In this document: piece after piece, positions 1 through 9,126 of the stretch
Layout of the letters: every line of letters begins with the position of its first letter
How positions within the stretch are numbered: position 1 is the first letter of the stretch
Source of the DNA: Thermoanaerobaculia bacterium
GTDB taxonomy: Bacteria; Acidobacteriota; Thermoanaerobaculia; Gp7-AA8
DNA: 58,330 bases
Direction: 5' to 3'
Assembly: GCA_036003305.1 (NCBI GenBank)
Contig: DASYSN010000021.1
Span: 1-58,330, forward strand
Translations under genes and position numbers: made by a program
The notes under the pieces: generated by a model
Databases searched by the model: none
What the model saw: the letters and a program-made list of their open reading frames with translations, nothing else
Told to the model about the DNA's origin: nothing

Positions 1-272
1 TCGATCGCGCGAAGCCTCGCCTCGTCCTGCGACGATTTCTTCGCCGCGTTCCAGTTCTGCTGTGCGAACTGGATGTTGAACATAGCCTCGTCGTAGAGCG
101 ACTTGGCGTACCTGTCTGCTCCCGCCTGTTCCGCTGAATGGAGTGTGGTCTGCGCCTGCGTGAGGTTGTCGAGCTCCTGCTGCGCGATCGCCGTCGCCGG
201 CGTGTTCTGCTGCGCCGCGGCGGGCAATGCGGCGAGAAGAACGAGTGCGATGGCGCACGTGGTTCGGGACAT
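1..272 (-). CDS. Secreted protein, N-terminal part only (gene runs off the left edge)
   Basis: Read by hand on the minus strand. ATG at 270-272 is preceded by GGAGG (277-281). Translation MSRTTCAIALVLLAALPAAAQQNTPATAIAQQELDNLTQAQ... shows a signal peptide followed by an Ala/Gln-rich region. The frame stays open to position 1, so the gene is absent from the ORF track. Confidence 0.5.
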   Translation of the reverse strand, partial: MSRTTCAIALVLLAALPAAAQQNTPATAIAQQELDNLTQAQTTLHSAEQAGADRYAKSLYDEAMFNIQFAQQNWNAAKKSSQDEARLRAI

Positions 273-328
273 ACAGCCTCCTTCCGTGATGACGGACTGA
301 GGTGTGCAAATCGTGAGCCCGGGGTGGA

Positions 329-418
<90 letters not shown>

Positions 419-429
419 GTCTAACTCAG

Positions 430-1965
430 TTAAGACTCGTGCGTCCCCGATACGTACGCCCCGCCGGCGCCGTGCTGGGAGAGCTCCTTCTTGAGCTCCA
501 TCGTCATGACGCTGTGCTTCCGGCCGTAGAAGAAGTAGATGCAGAGGCCGATCGCCATCCAGACGAAGAGACGGAACCAGTTGGCGGCGGGGAGCGAGAA
601 CATCAGCATGAGGCAGCACAGAACGCCCATCACCGGGACGAACGGCACCCACGGGCAGCGGAACGGCCGCTCCGCAGCCGGGTACTTCTTCCGCATGATG
701 AGAACAGCCAGGCAGACGATGACGAACGCGAATAGCGTTCCGATGTTCGTCAGCAGCAGCAGGGCGTCGAGCGGGAGGAAGCCCGCCATCAGGACGACGC
801 CGCAGCCGATGAGGATCGTCGATTTCCACGGCGTGTGGAATTTCGGATGCACCGCGCCGAAGAACTCCTTCGAGACCAGGCCGTCGCGCGCCATCGCGAG
901 GAAGACGCGCGGGCCGGAGAGCATCATGACGAGCATGACCGACGTGATGCCGGCGACGCCCGCGCAGGCGATGATCGCTTCCGCCCATCCGATGCCCTTC
1001 GTCTTGAACGCCAGCGAGACCGGCGCGTTGATGTCGAGTTGGTCGTACTTGACCATGCCCGTGAGGACGGCGACGACGGCGATGTAGAGGACCGTGCAGA
1101 CGATGAGCGAGACCACGATGCCGATCGGCACGTCGCGCTGCGGGTTTCTCGCCTCTTCCGTGTGCGTCGACACGGAGTCGAAGCCGATGTAGGCGAAGAA
1201 GATGATCGCGGCTCCGGCGAGCATGCCGACCGGCTCACCTCCCGCGTTCTTCATGCCGGCGATGTGCTTGCCGAAGAAGTTGAGCCCCGTCCAGCCGTAC
1301 GGCGCGAACGGATGCCAGTTGGCCTTGTCAATGTACATGACGCCAACGATGATCACGAAGATGACCGCGGCGACCTTGATGAAGACCATCGTCGCGTTGA
1401 AGTTCGCGCTCTCCTGGATGCCTTTGACCAGGATCAAGGTGATGACCATGACGATGAGGATGGCCGGCAGGTTCATGTAGCAGCCGGTCGACACGAACTG
1501 GCCGTTGTCGTACCGCCATGGACTCATCTGGAGCGTCTTGGGAAACGCCAGTCCGACTTTCGCCAATACGTTCTGGAAGTAGCCGGACCACCCTGTCGCG
1601 ACGGTTGCCGATCCGACGGCGTACTCGAGCACGAGATCCCAGCCGATGATCCAGGCGAACAGCTCGCCCAGGGTGGCGTACGCATACGTATACGCGGAAC
1701 CGGCGACCGGAACCATCGACGCGAACTCGGCGTAGCAGAGCGCGGCGAAGACGCAGGTGATGCCGGCGACGGTGTACGACAGCATCAGAGCCGGGCCGGC
1801 GACGTTGTGGGCCGCCGCGCCGGTCGCGACGAAGATGCCGGCGCCGATGATCGCGCCGATTCCGAGGCTGGTGAGATGGACCGGACCGAGCACGCGCCGC
1901 AGCCGGTGCTCGCCCTTCATCTCCTCGAGCAATAGCTCGAGCGGTTTTCGCGCAAACAGGGCCAT
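430..1965 (-). CDS. Amino acid permease (APC superfamily, cationic amino acid transporter-like)
   Basis: 511-aa ORF, polytopic and hydrophobic throughout. The N-terminal motif LTSLGIGAIIGAGIFVATG is typical of APC permeases. Confidence 0.9.
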   Translation of the reverse strand: MALFARKPLELLLEEMKGEHRLRRVLGPVHLTSLGIGAIIGAGIFVATGAAAHNVAGPALMLSYTVAGITCVFAALCYAEFASMVPVAGSAYTYAYATLGELFAWIIGWDLVLEYAVGSATVATGWSGYFQNVLAKVGLAFPKTLQMSPWRYDNGQFVSTGCYMNLPAILIVMVITLILVKGIQESANFNATMVFIKVAAVIFVIIVGVMYIDKANWHPFAPYGWTGLNFFGKHIAGMKNAGGEPVGMLAGAAIIFFAYIGFDSVSTHTEEARNPQRDVPIGIVVSLIVCTVLYIAVVAVLTGMVKYDQLDINAPVSLAFKTKGIGWAEAIIACAGVAGITSVMLVMMLSGPRVFLAMARDGLVSKEFFGAVHPKFHTPWKSTILIGCGVVLMAGFLPLDALLLLTNIGTLFAFVIVCLAVLIMRKKYPAAERPFRCPWVPFVPVMGVLCCLMLMFSLPAANWFRLFVWMAIGLCIYFFYGRKHSVMTMELKKELSQHGAGGAYVSGTHES

Positions 1966-2013
1966 CGTTTTCTCCTTGCGGGACTGGAAGTGCCGAGAGG
2001 ATAACCGAGAGGA

Positions 2014-2082
2014 GTGCTTCGTGCGTAGTGCTTAGTGCTTAGGTAACGCTTTCCTAACCACTAAGCCCTAAGCCCTAAGCCC
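2014..2082. repeat. Heptamer-periodic hairpin element (TAGTGCT / CTAAGCC arms)
   Basis: The left arm GTGCTTCGTGCGTAGTGCTTAGTGCTTAGG (2014-2043) faces the right arm CCTAACCACTAAGCCCTAAGCCCTAAGCCC (2053-2082). Both arms are built of 7-nt tandem units. The element lies between the livF stop and the permease start. Confidence 0.6.
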
Positions 2083-2792
2083 TATCCTCCCAGATAGGCC
2101 TTCTTCACCCGGTCGCTCGCGAGGAGCGCCTTCGTGTCGTCGTGCAGCACGATGCGGCCGGTTTCCATGACGTAGCCGCGGTGTGCGGTGACGAGCGCCA
2201 TGTGGGCGTTCTGTTCGACGAGGAGGATGGTCGTTCCTTCGGCGTTGATCTCGCGGATGACGCGGAAGATCGTCTGGACGAGCTGCGGAGCGAGGCCGAG
2301 CGAGGGCTCGTCGAGGAGCAGGACCTGCGGCTTCGACATCAGCGCGCGCGAGATCGCGAGCATCTGCTGCTCGCCGCCGGAGAGCGTTCCGGCGTTCTGC
2401 TTCAGGCGTTCCTTGATGACCGGGAAGAGCGAGAAGATCCGGTCGTACTCCTGCTTCGTGACCTTGTCTTTGCGGAGGTACGCGCCGAGCTCCAGGTTGT
2501 CGGAGACCGTCAGGTTCGCGAAGATCCCGCGGCCCTCGGGCACGTGCGAGATGCCTTTGGCCGTGATGATGTGCGGCTTCACGCCGGTGATGTCGCCGCC
2601 GTGAAAATGGACGCTGCCGTGCTTCGGCTTCAAAAGGCCGGAGATCGTCCGGAGCGTCGTCGTCTTTCCGGCGCCGTTCGCGCCGATGAGTGTGACGATC
2701 TCCCCTTCATTCACTTCGAGATCAATGCCGTGCAGCGCCTCGATCTCGCCGTACGAGACGCGGAGCTGGCTGACGGAGAGCATCGCCGTCAT
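2082..2792 (-). CDS. livF: Branched-chain amino acid ABC transporter ATP-binding protein LivF
   Basis: 236 aa with Walker A GANGAGKTT, signature LSGGEQQ and Walker B LLLDEPS. It overlaps livG by 4 nt. Confidence 0.9.
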   Translation of the reverse strand: MTAMLSVSQLRVSYGEIEALHGIDLEVNEGEIVTLIGANGAGKTTTLRTISGLLKPKHGSVHFHGGDITGVKPHIITAKGISHVPEGRGIFANLTVSDNLELGAYLRKDKVTKQEYDRIFSLFPVIKERLKQNAGTLSGGEQQMLAISRALMSKPQVLLLDEPSLGLAPQLVQTIFRVIREINAEGTTILLVEQNAHMALVTAHRGYVMETGRIVLHDDTKALLASDRVKKAYLGG

Positions 2793-3577
2793 GCGTGAGC
2801 CTCCACCGGCTCGCCGAGATACGCCTCGATGACGATCGGATTCGCCCGCACCTCGGCCGGCGTCCCATGCGCGATGACTTTCCCGAAGCTGAGCACCAGG
2901 ATCCGCTCGCAGATCCCCATCACCAGCTCCATGTTGTGCTCGATGAGGAGGATCGCGATGTCGAACCGGTCGCGGATGCCATGGATCGTCTCCATGAGGT
3001 CGAGCGTCTCGCGGTCGTTGAGCCCCGCGGCCGGCTCGTCGAGGAGCAGCAGGCGCGGACGCGCCGCCAAAGCGCGCGCGATCTCGAGCCGCCGCTGGTC
3101 GCCGTACGGGAGGTTCTTCGCGTACACCTGCGCCCGGTCGCGCAGGCCGAAGATCTCGAGGAGCTTCAGCGCGTCCTCCTCGGCAGCCGCTTCCGCGGCG
3201 GTGAAGCGATTCGTATGCAGGACGGCCGCGGTCGCGGAGTACTTGTAGTGGATATGCCCACCGATCTTGACGTTCTCCAGCACCGTGAGCTCTTTGAAGA
3301 GCCGGATGTTCTGGAACGTACGCGCGATGCCGAGGGCCGTGATCTCATTCGCCTTCAAATCGGCGGTCGGCGTACCGACGATCCGGATCGCTCCCTCGGT
3401 CGGCTTGTACACGCCGGTGAGCAGGTTGAAGATCGTCGTCTTGCCGGCGCCGTTCGGTCCGATCAGCCCGACCAGCTCGTGCTGCCGGATCTGCAGATTG
3501 AAATTGTCGACCGCCGTCAGTCCGCCGAAGCGGATCGTGACGTCGCTCGCGTCGAGCAGCGGCGCGTTGGTGCTCAT
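2789..3577 (-). CDS. livG: Branched-chain amino acid ABC transporter ATP-binding protein LivG
   Basis: Walker A GPNGAGKTT, signature LPYGDQRRLEIARAL and Walker B LLLDEPAAG. I prefer ATG at 3577 (GAGGGGG about 10 nt upstream) over the GTG at 3586 given in the ORF track. Confidence 0.88.
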   Translation of the reverse strand: MSTNAPLLDASDVTIRFGGLTAVDNFNLQIRQHELVGLIGPNGAGKTTIFNLLTGVYKPTEGAIRIVGTPTADLKANEITALGIARTFQNIRLFKELTVLENVKIGGHIHYKYSATAAVLHTNRFTAAEAAAEEDALKLLEIFGLRDRAQVYAKNLPYGDQRRLEIARALAARPRLLLLDEPAAGLNDRETLDLMETIHGIRDRFDIAILLIEHNMELVMGICERILVLSFGKVIAHGTPAEVRANPIVIEAYLGEPVEAHA

Positions 3578-3586
3578 GTGGCGCAC

Positions 3587-3727
3587 GCCCCCTCATCCGC
3601 CTTCGGCACCTTCTCCCCCGCGTCGCGGGGGAGAAGGCCGCTCGATGGGAAGGCATCGCGAGATCTATCAATCGAGAGCCCTTCGCCCCGCGAAGCGGGG
3701 AGAAGGTGCCGAAGGCGGATGAGGGGC
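3587..3727. repeat. MITE/REP-like palindromic element inside the liv operon
   Basis: A 29-nt perfect terminal inverted repeat, CCCCTCATCCGCCTTCGGCACCTTCTCCC (3588-3616), pairs with GGGAGAAGGTGCCGAAGGCGGATGAGGGG (3698-3726). Two internal mini-hairpins are present: CCCCGCGTCGCGGGG and CCCCGCGAAGCGGGG. The element fills the livG-livM spacer. Confidence 0.65.
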
Positions 3728-3743
3728 TCGTGCAATCTGACTC

Positions 3744-4784
3744 TCATTCGACTTCGCTCTGAGGCTCGACGTCTTTGCGGCGCGCGAGGACTTCCCACAG
3801 CTCGCGACGGCCGAAGATGCCTTGCGGGCGCGTGAGCATGAGGGTGATCAGCATCAGGGAGTAGATGACCATCCGGGGGTCTTTGCCGCCCGGGATGTAG
3901 TCCTTCACGGAGCGCAGGCCCTCGGGGAGGAACGTCAGGATGATCGCGGCGACGATCGAGCCGCTGATCGAGCCGAGACCGCCGAGGACCACCATTGCGA
4001 CGACCTCGAACGACTTGATGAACATGAACATCGTCGGGTTCAGGTACATCATGAAATGGGCGAACAGCCCGCCGGCGACTCCCGCGAGGAACGAGCCGAT
4101 GACGAACGCCTTCACCTTGTACTTCGTCGTATCGACGCCCATTGCCTCGGCGGCAATCTCGTCCTCGCGCACCGAAAGGAACGCGCGACCAACCGACGAC
4201 TTCACGAGCCGCCACGAGATCAACACCGTCACGACGACGAAGAAGTAAATCCAGAAGAAGTCCGCCCACTTCGGGATCCCGGACAAGCCACGCGCCCCGC
4301 CGATCTTGTCGATGTTCAGGATCAGCACGCGGATGATCTCGCCGAATCCGAGGGTGACGATCGCGAGGTAGTCACCGCGCAACCGCAGCGACGGCTGCCC
4401 GACGAGAAATCCCGCGACCGCCGCGAGCCCGCCACCGAGGAGCACGGACAGCAGCAGAAAGGCGTTCTGTGCCGCGAACTGCTGCGATCCCTCCGGCATC
4501 TTGTCGACGATCGGCGAGAAGTAGAAGAAGGTGAGAAACGCGGAGAAGTACGCGCCGACCGCCATGAAACCGGCGTGGCCGAGGGAGAACTGACCCGCGT
4601 GTCCGTTGATGATGTTCAGCGAGACCGCGAGGATGATGTTGATCCCCATCAGCACGATGACGCGCTTGTAGTACGCCATCCCGCCGATCGGAATGCGGTC
4701 GAGGCCGTAGCCGACGGCGAGCAGCACCACGATCGCGATCGCGAGACCTGCGATGTCGCGGAGCCACCATGGCAACCGGTTCAT
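3744..4784 (-). CDS. livM: Branched-chain amino acid ABC transporter permease LivM
   Basis: 346-aa polytopic membrane protein. It overlaps livH by 4 nt and occupies the expected position in the operon. Confidence 0.88.
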   Translation of the reverse strand: MNRLPWWLRDIAGLAIAIVVLLAVGYGLDRIPIGGMAYYKRVIVLMGINIILAVSLNIINGHAGQFSLGHAGFMAVGAYFSAFLTFFYFSPIVDKMPEGSQQFAAQNAFLLLSVLLGGGLAAVAGFLVGQPSLRLRGDYLAIVTLGFGEIIRVLILNIDKIGGARGLSGIPKWADFFWIYFFVVVTVLISWRLVKSSVGRAFLSVREDEIAAEAMGVDTTKYKVKAFVIGSFLAGVAGGLFAHFMMYLNPTMFMFIKSFEVVAMVVLGGLGSISGSIVAAIILTFLPEGLRSVKDYIPGGKDPRMVIYSLMLITLMLTRPQGIFGRRELWEVLARRKDVEPQSEVE

Positions 4785-5695
4785 ACTTTCTCCGCTTCGG
4801 ACTTCCCGAACAGGCCGCTGGGACGGAACAACAGGATGGCGATCAGGATCACGAACGCGATCGCGTCACGGTAGTTCGAGAACGAGCTGCCGCCGACGAA
4901 CGCCTCGACGATGCCGATGATCAGGCCGCCGACCACCGCCCCCGGCACGTTCCCGATCCCGCCGAGGACCGCGGCGACGAACGCCTTGAGTCCCGGCATG
5001 ATCCCCATCAGCGGATCGATCTTCGGGTACGAGAGGCCGTAGAGGATGCCGGCCACCGCCGCGAGGACGGAGCCGAGGACAAAGGTGATGGAGATGATGC
5101 GATCGGTCGGGATCCCCATCAACGACGCCGTCTCGAAGTGAAACGAGACGGCGCGCATGGCGCGGCCGAACTTCGTGCCGTAGATGATGTACTGCAGCAG
5201 CGCCATGAACACGAGCGCGACGCCGAGGACGATGAGCTGGTAGTTCGTCGTGACGATGCCGCCGAGGTGGACGATGTGCTTCGGAACGAGCGTCGGGAAG
5301 AACTTCGGATCGGGACCGAAGACGAACTGCCCGCCGTACTCGAGGAAGAACGAGACGCCGATCGCGGTGATCAGCGAGGCGATGCGCGGCGCGTTCCGGA
5401 GCGGCCGGTAGGCGATCCTCTCGTTGAGGTAGCCGAAGAGGCCGCACACGATCATCGCCAGCAGCATGATGCCGCCGGCGACGAACAAGGTCGGGGCGTT
5501 GTCCTCGCCGTGGATGTGCGCGGCAGCCCACCGGCCGGCGTAGTAGCCGGTGAAGCTGCCGAGCATGAAGACGTCGCCGTGCGCGAAGTTGATCAGCTTC
5601 AGGATGCCGTACACCATCGTGTACCCGAGGGCGATCAGCGCATAGATCGACCCGGCGGCAATCCCGTTGAGCAGGTTCTGGAGAAGGATCTGCAC
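4781..5695 (-). CDS. livH: Branched-chain amino acid ABC transporter permease LivH
   Basis: 304 aa. The N-terminus MQILLQNLLNGIAAGSIYALIALGYTMVYG is typical of LivH. Confidence 0.9.
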   Translation of the reverse strand: MQILLQNLLNGIAAGSIYALIALGYTMVYGILKLINFAHGDVFMLGSFTGYYAGRWAAAHIHGEDNAPTLFVAGGIMLLAMIVCGLFGYLNERIAYRPLRNAPRIASLITAIGVSFFLEYGGQFVFGPDPKFFPTLVPKHIVHLGGIVTTNYQLIVLGVALVFMALLQYIIYGTKFGRAMRAVSFHFETASLMGIPTDRIISITFVLGSVLAAVAGILYGLSYPKIDPLMGIMPGLKAFVAAVLGGIGNVPGAVVGGLIIGIVEAFVGGSSFSNYRDAIAFVILIAILLFRPSGLFGKSEAEKV

Positions 5696-6891
5696 TAGTG
5701 AGTTGCTGTTGCCGCTCCCGTAACGTTCTTCTGCGGGTCGACCGTCGCCTTCAGCGTGAGCTGGCCGCCCTTGACTTCTTCGATGACGAGCTTCTTGCCG
5801 ACGGCGTTCCGGTCGGGGCCGATGGTGATAGTGCCGGTGACGCCCTGGAAGTTCTTCGTCGCCGCGATGGCGTCGCGGATGTCGCTTCCCTTGGTCGATT
5901 TCGCGCGCTTGAGCGAGTCGGCGAGCACGCGCGCCGCGTCGTACGCGAGCGCCGCCATGCCGTCAGGCGTCGCGCCGAAACGGTCTTTGTACTTCTGCAC
6001 GAACTCGTGCACCATCGGCGCCGGATCGCCGTAGAAGTAGTGGTTCGAGTAGTACGACCCTTCGAGGGCCTTGCCGCCGATCTCGAGCAGCTTTGGCGAT
6101 TCCCAGCCATCGCCGCCGACGAGCGGCGCGTTGAGGCCAAGGTCGTGCTCCTGCTGCGCGATCTGGCCGATGTCGGTGTAGTAGCCCGGCACGAAGAGGA
6201 TCTGCGGATTCGACGCCTTGACGGTCGTGAGCTGCGCGCGGAAGTCGCTGTCGCCGTTCGCATAGCTGGCCCGCGCCACGATCTTGCCCCCGCCGGCCGT
6301 GAAGCGCTCCTCGAAGAAGTGGCCGAGGCCCTGCGAGTAGTCGCTCTTGACGTCGGTCAGCAGCGCCGCGTTCTTGACGCCCTCGCTGAGAACGTAGTCG
6401 GCGAGCGAGTGGCCCTGGTAGTCGTCCGTGTAGCAAGTGCGGAAGATGTAGTCGCCCTTTTTCGTGATCTCGGGGTTGGTCGACGACGGGGTGATCATCG
6501 GCACCTTGTTCTGCTGGCAGATCGGCGCCGCGGCGAGCGAGCACGACGACGCGACTTCGCCGAGGACCGCGACGACGTTGTTCTCGGAGATCAGCTTCGT
6601 CACGGCCGTGGCCGCCTCTTCCTGCTTCGACTGGTCGTCCTCGGTGATCACCTTGATCTTCTTGCCGTTGACGCCGCCGTTGGCGTTGATCTCGTCGATC
6701 GCCATCATGATGCCGTTGTGCGTCGACGTGCCGAACGTCCCCTGCGGACCGGTGAGCGACCCGTATTCACCGACGAGGATCTCGCCGCCGCCGGCGGTCG
6801 TCGTTCCGGTTCCGGTCTCAGACTTCGGCGCACAGCCGGCGACCGCGACCACGATCGCGCTGAACACCACCACGAATAAGTTTTTCTTCAT
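5695..6891 (-). CDS. livK: Branched-chain amino acid ABC transporter substrate-binding lipoprotein (LivJ/LivK family)
   Basis: The start is trimmed to MKKNLFVVVFSAIVVAVAGC (lipobox, ATG at 6889-6891). The body is type-I periplasmic binding protein-like. The longer ORF-track start reads through the hairpin repeat at 6964-7026. Confidence 0.88.
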   Translation of the reverse strand: MKKNLFVVVFSAIVVAVAGCAPKSETGTGTTTAGGGEILVGEYGSLTGPQGTFGTSTHNGIMMAIDEINANGGVNGKKIKVITEDDQSKQEEAATAVTKLISENNVVAVLGEVASSCSLAAAPICQQNKVPMITPSSTNPEITKKGDYIFRTCYTDDYQGHSLADYVLSEGVKNAALLTDVKSDYSQGLGHFFEERFTAGGGKIVARASYANGDSDFRAQLTTVKASNPQILFVPGYYTDIGQIAQQEHDLGLNAPLVGGDGWESPKLLEIGGKALEGSYYSNHYFYGDPAPMVHEFVQKYKDRFGATPDGMAALAYDAARVLADSLKRAKSTKGSDIRDAIAATKNFQGVTGTITIGPDRNAVGKKLVIEEVKGGQLTLKATVDPQKNVTGAATATH

Positions 6892-6963
6892 TGCGTATCC
6901 CTCTCGCAAAAAACGCGCGAATTCTATAGCACGGGCGTGCACGGCTGTTGCCACAAGCCGTAT

Positions 6964-7026
6964 GAGAGCGGAGAGGGGAGAGCGGAGACGGTGCGTCCTC
7001 TCCGCTCTCCGCTCTCCCATCTCCCC
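6964..7026. repeat. Heptamer-periodic hairpin element (GGAGAGC family, second copy)
   Basis: The arm GAGAGCGGAGAGGGGAGAGCGGAGA (6964-6988) faces TCTCCGCTCTCCGCTCTCCCATCTCCCC (about 6999-7026). The unit is the same as in the element at 329-418. Confidence 0.7.
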
Positions 7027-7027
7027 G

Positions 7028-8467
7028 CTAGAGGTTCACCCACACGCTCTTCGTCTGCGTGTACTTGTCGAGCGCGTCGCGGCCCTGGTCGCGGCCGAAG
7101 CCTGACTCCTTGAAGCCGCCGAACGGGAGCGCGGGGTCGTAGAGGTTGTAGGTGTTGATCCAGACGGTGCCGGCTTTGATGGCCCGCGCGATGCGGTGCG
7201 CTTTCGAGATGTCGCGGGTCCAGACGGCGGCCGCGAGACCGTAGACCGTCGCGTTTCCTTTCGCGACGGCGTCATCGGCATCGCTGAAACGGATGGTCGC
7301 GAGAACCGGGCCGAAGATCTCCTCGCGCGCGATCTTCGCGTCCGGCTGCACGTCGTCGAAGATCGTCGGTTTGACGAAGTAGCCTTTCCCTGTCCCGATG
7401 TCGGTCCGCTCGCCGCCGGCGACGAGCTTCGACTCGCTCTTCCCCGCTTCGATGTAGCGGAGGACGTTCTCCATCTGCTCTTTGGAGACGATCGCGCCGA
7501 GGCGCGTCTTCGGATGGAGCGGATCGCCGGCGACCATCTTGTTCGCGCGGTCGATCACCTTGGCCATCAGCTCGTCGTGCGCCGCGTCCTCGACCAGCAG
7601 CCGCGAACCGGCGGCGCAGACTTCGCCTTTTCCGTAGAAGATCGCGTTCAGGGCGCCGCGGGCGGCCGCATCGAGGTCGGCGTCGGCGAAGACGATGTTC
7701 GGCGACTTCCCTCCCAGCTCGAGCGAGACCTTCTTGAGTGTGTTCGCCGCGCGCGCCATGAGCTGGCGGCCGACTTCGGTCGAGCCGGTGAAGGCGATGG
7801 CGTCGATGCCGGGATGGTCGACCATCGCGTTACCGACGACGCTCCCCTTCCCCGGAATCACGTTCAGGACGCCGGCAGGAAGACCGCACTCTTTCGCGTA
7901 CTCGGCGAATTTGAGGAGCGAGAGCGACGTGTTCGACGCCGGTTTGATGACGACGGTGTTGCCGCACGCCAGCGCCGGGGCGATCTTCCAGACGGCGAGC
8001 ATGAGCGGGAAGTTCCACGGTGTGATCGCCCCGACGACGCCGATCGGCTCGCGCAGGGTGTAGGTGAACGCGTTGTCGGCGACCGGGATCGTCTCGCCGG
8101 TGACTTTGCCGCTCCATCCGGAGAAGTAGTAGAGGCACTCGGCGGCGGCAGGGGTATCGACGTACTGCGACTCGAAGATCGGCTTGCCGTTGTCGATCGT
8201 CTCGATCTTCCCGATCTCCTCGGCGCGCGCACTGAGCATCTCGGCGATGCGGAAGAGGATCTTGCCGCGGTCACGCGGCTTCATCTTCTGCCACTCGCTC
8301 CCCGGCTCCATCTGCGCCCGCGCCGCGCGGACCGCCTTATCGACGTCGTCCGCGCCCGCCGACGCGACGTCGGTGATCTTTTCCTCGGTGGCAGGGTTGG
8401 ACGTGACGAACGTCTCGCCCGAGCCGGCGTCAACGAATTCGCCGTTGATGAAGAGCTGGTTCTGCAT
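7028..8467 (-). CDS. NAD(P)-dependent aldehyde dehydrogenase
   Basis: The start is trimmed to MQNQLFINGEFVDAGSG (ATG at 8465-8467). Motifs ELGGKSP and a catalytic Cys context KGEVCAAGSR are present. Confidence 0.9.
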   Translation of the reverse strand: MQNQLFINGEFVDAGSGETFVTSNPATEEKITDVASAGADDVDKAVRAARAQMEPGSEWQKMKPRDRGKILFRIAEMLSARAEEIGKIETIDNGKPIFESQYVDTPAAAECLYYFSGWSGKVTGETIPVADNAFTYTLREPIGVVGAITPWNFPLMLAVWKIAPALACGNTVVIKPASNTSLSLLKFAEYAKECGLPAGVLNVIPGKGSVVGNAMVDHPGIDAIAFTGSTEVGRQLMARAANTLKKVSLELGGKSPNIVFADADLDAAARGALNAIFYGKGEVCAAGSRLLVEDAAHDELMAKVIDRANKMVAGDPLHPKTRLGAIVSKEQMENVLRYIEAGKSESKLVAGGERTDIGTGKGYFVKPTIFDDVQPDAKIAREEIFGPVLATIRFSDADDAVAKGNATVYGLAAAVWTRDISKAHRIARAIKAGTVWINTYNLYDPALPFGGFKESGFGRDQGRDALDKYTQTKSVWVNL

Positions 8468-8486
8468 GCGGCGCGAATGGTATCGC

Positions 8487-8515
8487 GTCCGAGTCCTCGG
8501 TCCTCGGTCCTCGGG
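8487..8515. repeat. Heptamer tandem repeat GTCCTCG x3-4 (single arm)
   Basis: The sequence is GTCCGAGTCCTCGGTCCTCGGTCCTCGGG. The unit matches both arms of the hairpin at 57059-57126, but no complementary arm lies nearby. Confidence 0.7.
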
Positions 8516-8522
8516 TTTCCTA

Positions 8523-8837
8523 TCAGAAGCGCCGCAAACGCTCCACGAGATACTCGGGCCGCCTTCGCTTGTGAGCGAACGCGGCGATTTCAATGCGATC
8601 ACCGAGGTCGATGAACACGACATGATACGGGAAGTTATGTACCGGCATCCGTCTGACGGCGAGATCGTCGATGCCCGGCACACGGCTTCCGATGTTCGGA
8701 AAGCGGCCGATCAGCTCGAGGATCCGACCGGTCTCGGCGGTGAACCTCGCCGCAACTCTCTCGTCACGATCGCGATACCAGCGGGCGGCGTCGCGGAACT
8801 CCTCGCGCGCCGGATCGGAGATCGTAACCGGCTTCAA
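8523..8837 (-). CDS. Type II toxin, ParE/RelE family
   Basis: 104 aa with ParE-like features (AREEFRDAARWY..., ...HVVFIDLGDRIEIAAFAHKRRRP). It overlaps the upstream small ORF by 4 nt. Confidence 0.8.
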   Translation of the reverse strand: MKPVTISDPAREEFRDAARWYRDRDERVAARFTAETGRILELIGRFPNIGSRVPGIDDLAVRRMPVHNFPYHVVFIDLGDRIEIAAFAHKRRRPEYLVERLRRF

Positions 8838-9067
8838 CGACCGAGGACTTCGCGTTCGACCTCAGCGAGGACGACGCGCCAGTCCGTGCTCCCCACCTCG
8901 CCTGCCCGGATCGCCGCGACACGTTTCTCGATCTCAGCAGCCCACGCCGCCTCCACCGCTTCTTCCGTGTCTTCCAGGCTCTCGAGCAGGTCGGCCGCTA
9001 ACCGGGCGCGCTCTGTTTGCGGCAGACGCAGCGCCTCATCCCGGAGTTTTTCGGCGGTCAGCGGCAT
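8834..9067 (-). CDS. Antitoxin, putative addiction-module component (TIGR02574-like)
   Basis: 77 aa. The pattern LRLPQTERARLAADLLESLEDT...AAWAAEIEKRVAAIRAGEV is typical of this antitoxin family. It is translationally coupled to the ParE-like gene. Confidence 0.75.
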   Translation of the reverse strand: MPLTAEKLRDEALRLPQTERARLAADLLESLEDTEEAVEAAWAAEIEKRVAAIRAGEVGSTDWRVVLAEVEREVLGR

Positions 9068-9126
9068 GAACGCATCGTAGCATGCCGCCCCTTTGGGACG
9101 TTCACCGAGGCGAGGCTCGGTGAGTT

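Noticed and set aside
6892-7020. N-terminal extension of the LivK-like ORF
   Set aside because: It reads through the GGAGAGC hairpin repeat. A lipoprotein signal peptide with its own ATG begins at 6891.
8468-8683. N-terminal extension of the aldehyde dehydrogenase ORF
   Set aside because: It overlaps the ParE-like gene and the heptamer repeat. The conserved ALDH N-terminus starts at MQNQLFINGEF.
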